In this document: one piece after another, positions 29,807 through 32,000 of the stretch | Position numbering within the stretch: position 1 is the stretch's first letter | How the letters are laid out: each line of letters begins with the position of its first letter | Origin: Alkalilimnicola ehrlichii MLHE-1 | GTDB lineage: Bacteria > Pseudomonadota > Gammaproteobacteria > Nitrococcales > Halorhodospiraceae | NCBI RefSeq assembly: GCF_000014785.1 | Contig: NC_008340.1 | Span: 1,500,001 to 1,532,000 of the forward strand | Direction of reading: 5' to 3' | Length of the DNA: 32,000 nt | Position numbers and translations under genes: made by a program | Notes under the pieces: generated by a model | The model's database searches: none | What the model saw: the letters and a program-made list of their open reading frames with translations, nothing else | What the model was told of the DNA's origin: nothing

Positions 29807-30421
29807 ATGGGAGGGGGCGGACCGATGGCGTGGGATGAGGCGGAGCGGATCCTCAGCGAGGCGGACCTGATCCACGACGGACAGGCCGTGGACCGGGCGC
29901 TGGACGACCTTGCGAGCCAGATCACGGAACGGCTCGAACACACTCGCCCGCTGATTCTCGGGGTGATGATCGGTGGCATGGTGCCAGCGGGTATGTTGCT
30001 GCCCCGCCTGGGGTTTCCGCTGCAGCTGGACTACGTCCATGCCACCCGCTATCGCGGTGGCCTGAGTGGGCAGAACGACCTGCAGTGGCGGGCGGAGCCG
30101 GGTACCCCGGTACGGGACCGGGTGGTGCTGGTGGTGGACGATATCCTGGACGAGGGCCATACCCTGGCCGGGATCGTCGAGGCCCTGCAGGCGCAGGGCG
30201 CTGCGGAGGTCCTCACCGCGGTTCTGGTGAACAAGCTCCACCAACGCAAGCATCCCGGGCTGCGCGCCGACTTCGTCGGCCTGGAAGTGCCTGACCGCTA
30301 CGTCTTCGGGGTGGGTATGGACTACAAGGGGCTGTGCCGTAACGCCCCGGGAATCTTCGCCGTGCGCGAGCCGGCGCCGGCCACCGGCGACCGGGCTGAA
30401 GCAAAGGAGCCGACGCAATGA
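29807..30421 (+). CDS. Hypoxanthine-guanine phosphoribosyltransferase-like protein
   Basis: LILGVMIGGMVPAGMLLPRLGFPLQLDYVHATRY...VVLVVDDILDEGHTLAGIVEAL (PRPP-binding motif)...VNKLHQRKHPGLRADFVGLEVPDRYVFGVGMDYKG. Confidence 0.9.
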   Translation: MGGGGPMAWDEAERILSEADLIHDGQAVDRALDDLASQITERLEHTRPLILGVMIGGMVPAGMLLPRLGFPLQLDYVHATRYRGGLSGQNDLQWRAEPGTPVRDRVVLVVDDILDEGHTLAGIVEALQAQGAAEVLTAVLVNKLHQRKHPGLRADFVGLEVPDRYVFGVGMDYKGLCRNAPGIFAVREPAPATGDRAEAKEPTQ

Positions 30422-31155
30422 CATTGGCAATCATCGGGGGCACCGGCCTGACCACGCTGGAGGGGTTGGAGATCACCCGTCGGGAGGTGGTTCGCACCCC
30501 CTTTGGCGAGCCGTCCGGGCCGGTCATTCATGGCGTGCTCCAGGGGCGGGAGGTGATGTTTCTCGCCCGCCATGGCTATGCCCACACCATCCCGCCGCAC
30601 CAGATCAACTACCGGGCCAACATCTGGGCCATGCGTCACCTGGGTGTGCGCAAACTGATCGCGGTGGCCGCAGTGGGCGGGATCAGCGAGGAGATGGAAC
30701 CGGCGCGACTGGCCTTTCCGGACCAGATCATCGATTACACGTACGGGCGCCGGCACACCTTCTTCGAGCAGGACCTGACCGATGTGGTGCATATCGATTT
30801 CACCTACCCCTACGACCAGGCGCTCCGGGACGTGCTGATCGCGGCGGCGGAGGAGGCCGACCTGGGGGCGGTGCCCTGGGGGACCTACGGTGCCACCCAG
30901 GGGCCGCGGCTGGAGACGGCGGCCGAGGTGCGCCGGCTGGCACGGGACGGCTGCCACCTGGTGGGCATGACCGGGATGCCCGAGGCGGCCCTGGCCCGGG
31001 AGGCGGGGCTGGCCTACGCCACCTGCGCGGTGGTGGCGAACTGGGCCGCAGGCACCGGGGGGCGCACCGTCACCATGGACGAGATTGAGGCGAATCTGGT
31101 CCAGGGCATGGGTCGGGTGCGGACCTTGCTGGCACGGGTGGTGCCGCGCCTCTAG
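30418..31155 (+). CDS. MTAP/PNP-family phosphorylase, probably S-methyl-5'-thioinosine phosphorylase
   Basis: LAIIGGTGLT, FLARHGYAHTIPPHQINYRANIWAM, GATQGPRLETAAEV, VGMTGMPEAALAREAGLAYATCAVVANWAAG; ATGA overlap with the upstream gene. Confidence 0.9.
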   Translation: MTLAIIGGTGLTTLEGLEITRREVVRTPFGEPSGPVIHGVLQGREVMFLARHGYAHTIPPHQINYRANIWAMRHLGVRKLIAVAAVGGISEEMEPARLAFPDQIIDYTYGRRHTFFEQDLTDVVHIDFTYPYDQALRDVLIAAAEEADLGAVPWGTYGATQGPRLETAAEVRRLARDGCHLVGMTGMPEAALAREAGLAYATCAVVANWAAGTGGRTVTMDEIEANLVQGMGRVRTLLARVVPRL

Positions 31156-31159
31156 CCCC

Positions 31160-32000
31160 CTATCCGCGACCCTTGCTTGGCGGGTGGGCCGCCTCCGGTA
31201 ACGGCCCCACGGTGATGGGCTTGCCCTCTATCAGGGCCGCGCCGTACTCGGCGTGGTCGAGGGGGAGCACGGCCAGCCCGGCAAAGCTGTCCTCGCCATC
31301 GCTCTCCGCCACCACCACCTGCCCGAGGCGCTTGTCCGCCGGGTCCCGCACCTCGGTGCCCGGCCGTGGGGGCAGGCCTGTCCCGCTGATCGGGAACATC
31401 CGTTTCTTCAGCCGTCCCAGGTAGTGCATGCGCGCCACCACTTCCTGACCGGGGTAGCAGCCCTTGCGGAAGCTTAGGCCGTCGATCACGTCGAGATTGG
31501 CCATCTGCGGGATGAACAGGTCCTGGCTGTCCTGGAAGATCTCGGGCTCGCCGGCCCGGATCTGCAGCAGGCGCCAGTGTTGCGGGTCGCCCACCGGCAG
31601 GTGATGCAGGGCCAGCCAGAGCCGCTTCATGCGGTCCGGACCGGCGATCAGCAGCGCGCGGTCTGCGGCCAGCGCCAGCAGGGTGGCCCCGTGGGTATGG
31701 GTCGTCCCGCTCGGCTCCGGGAGGGTCGTGTTCAACTCCCGGGTGGCGGCGTCCAGGGCCTCCTCACCGTAAAGCCCCAGCAGCAACTGCTCCCCGGAGC
31801 GGTCGTCAAGCGTGACCCGGGCCCGGAGGATGAACATCTGCAACCGGCGCATCACGCCCGTGACCAGTTCGCCCGGGCAGAGCAGCCGGAAGCTCTGATC
31901 GCCGTCGCGGACCACGCGGAACAGGGCCAGCAGGCGGCCCTTGGGGTTGCACCAGCCGGCCAGGCGCCAGCTGCCCTCCGGCATGCCTTCGATATCGTGG
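31160..32000 (-). CDS. ygfZ: YgfZ/GcvT-like folate-binding protein, N-terminus outside window
   Basis: LAGWCNPKGRLLALFRV...GLSFRKGCYPGQEVVARMHYLGRLKKRMFPI (K-G-C-Y-x-G-Q-E hallmark). The frame is still open at the window edge (...HDIEGMPEGSW), so the ATG at 31984 is probably internal. Confidence 0.93.
   Translation of the reverse strand, partial: HDIEGMPEGSWRLAGWCNPKGRLLALFRVVRDGDQSFRLLCPGELVTGVMRRLQMFILRARVTLDDRSGEQLLLGLYGEEALDAATRELNTTLPEPSGTTHTHGATLLALAADRALLIAGPDRMKRLWLALHHLPVGDPQHWRLLQIRAGEPEIFQDSQDLFIPQMANLDVIDGLSFRKGCYPGQEVVARMHYLGRLKKRMFPISGTGLPPRPGTEVRDPADKRLGQVVVAESDGEDSFAGLAVLPLDHAEYGAALIEGKPITVGPLPEAAHPPSKGRG

Noticed and set aside
27631-29807. Long minus-strand ORFs 27631..28764 and 28590..29807
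   Set aside because: Antisense to CYTH, YkuD and nagZ genes, whose protein signatures are unambiguous.

Overview
High-GC gammaproteobacterial chromosomal segment (lineage is inferred only from protein character and gene order). It is mostly housekeeping and conserved accessory genes, in this order: folE (5'-truncated by the window), folX, a 7TMR-DISM/GGDEF diguanylate cyclase, gltX, two identical tRNA-Ala(GGC) genes each with its own consensus promoter, an AhpD/CMD-like protein, mobA, yqeC-like, an ArsR-family regulator with SqrR/BigR-type cysteines, a SulP/STAS permease, msrA, a minimal sigma-54 activator without a sensory domain, a TauE/SafE-like membrane protein, an AttEFGH-type ABC exporter/lipoprotein cassette, a tandem UspA protein, glpK, a TPP riboswitch with thiC, a secreted TPR protein with a CxxCH motif, an IclR regulator divergent from a type-2 glycerate kinase, phhB, moaC, a DUF3096-like micro-protein, an SDR, gpmA, a YiiD_C-type thioesterase, CYTH, leaderless YkuD, nagZ, hpt-like, a MTAP/MTIP-like phosphorylase, and ygfZ (truncated at the right edge). 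I saw no CRISPR, transposon, prophage or toxin-antitoxin signature, and no clearly novel multi-gene defence-type system. The most interesting leads are the SqrR-like persulfide-sensor candidate next to SulP with a palindrome over its start codon, the translationally coupled Att-type cassette, the domain-less sigma-54 activator, the CxxCH TPR protein, the twin stringent-type tRNA promoters, and the phhB/moaC pairing.
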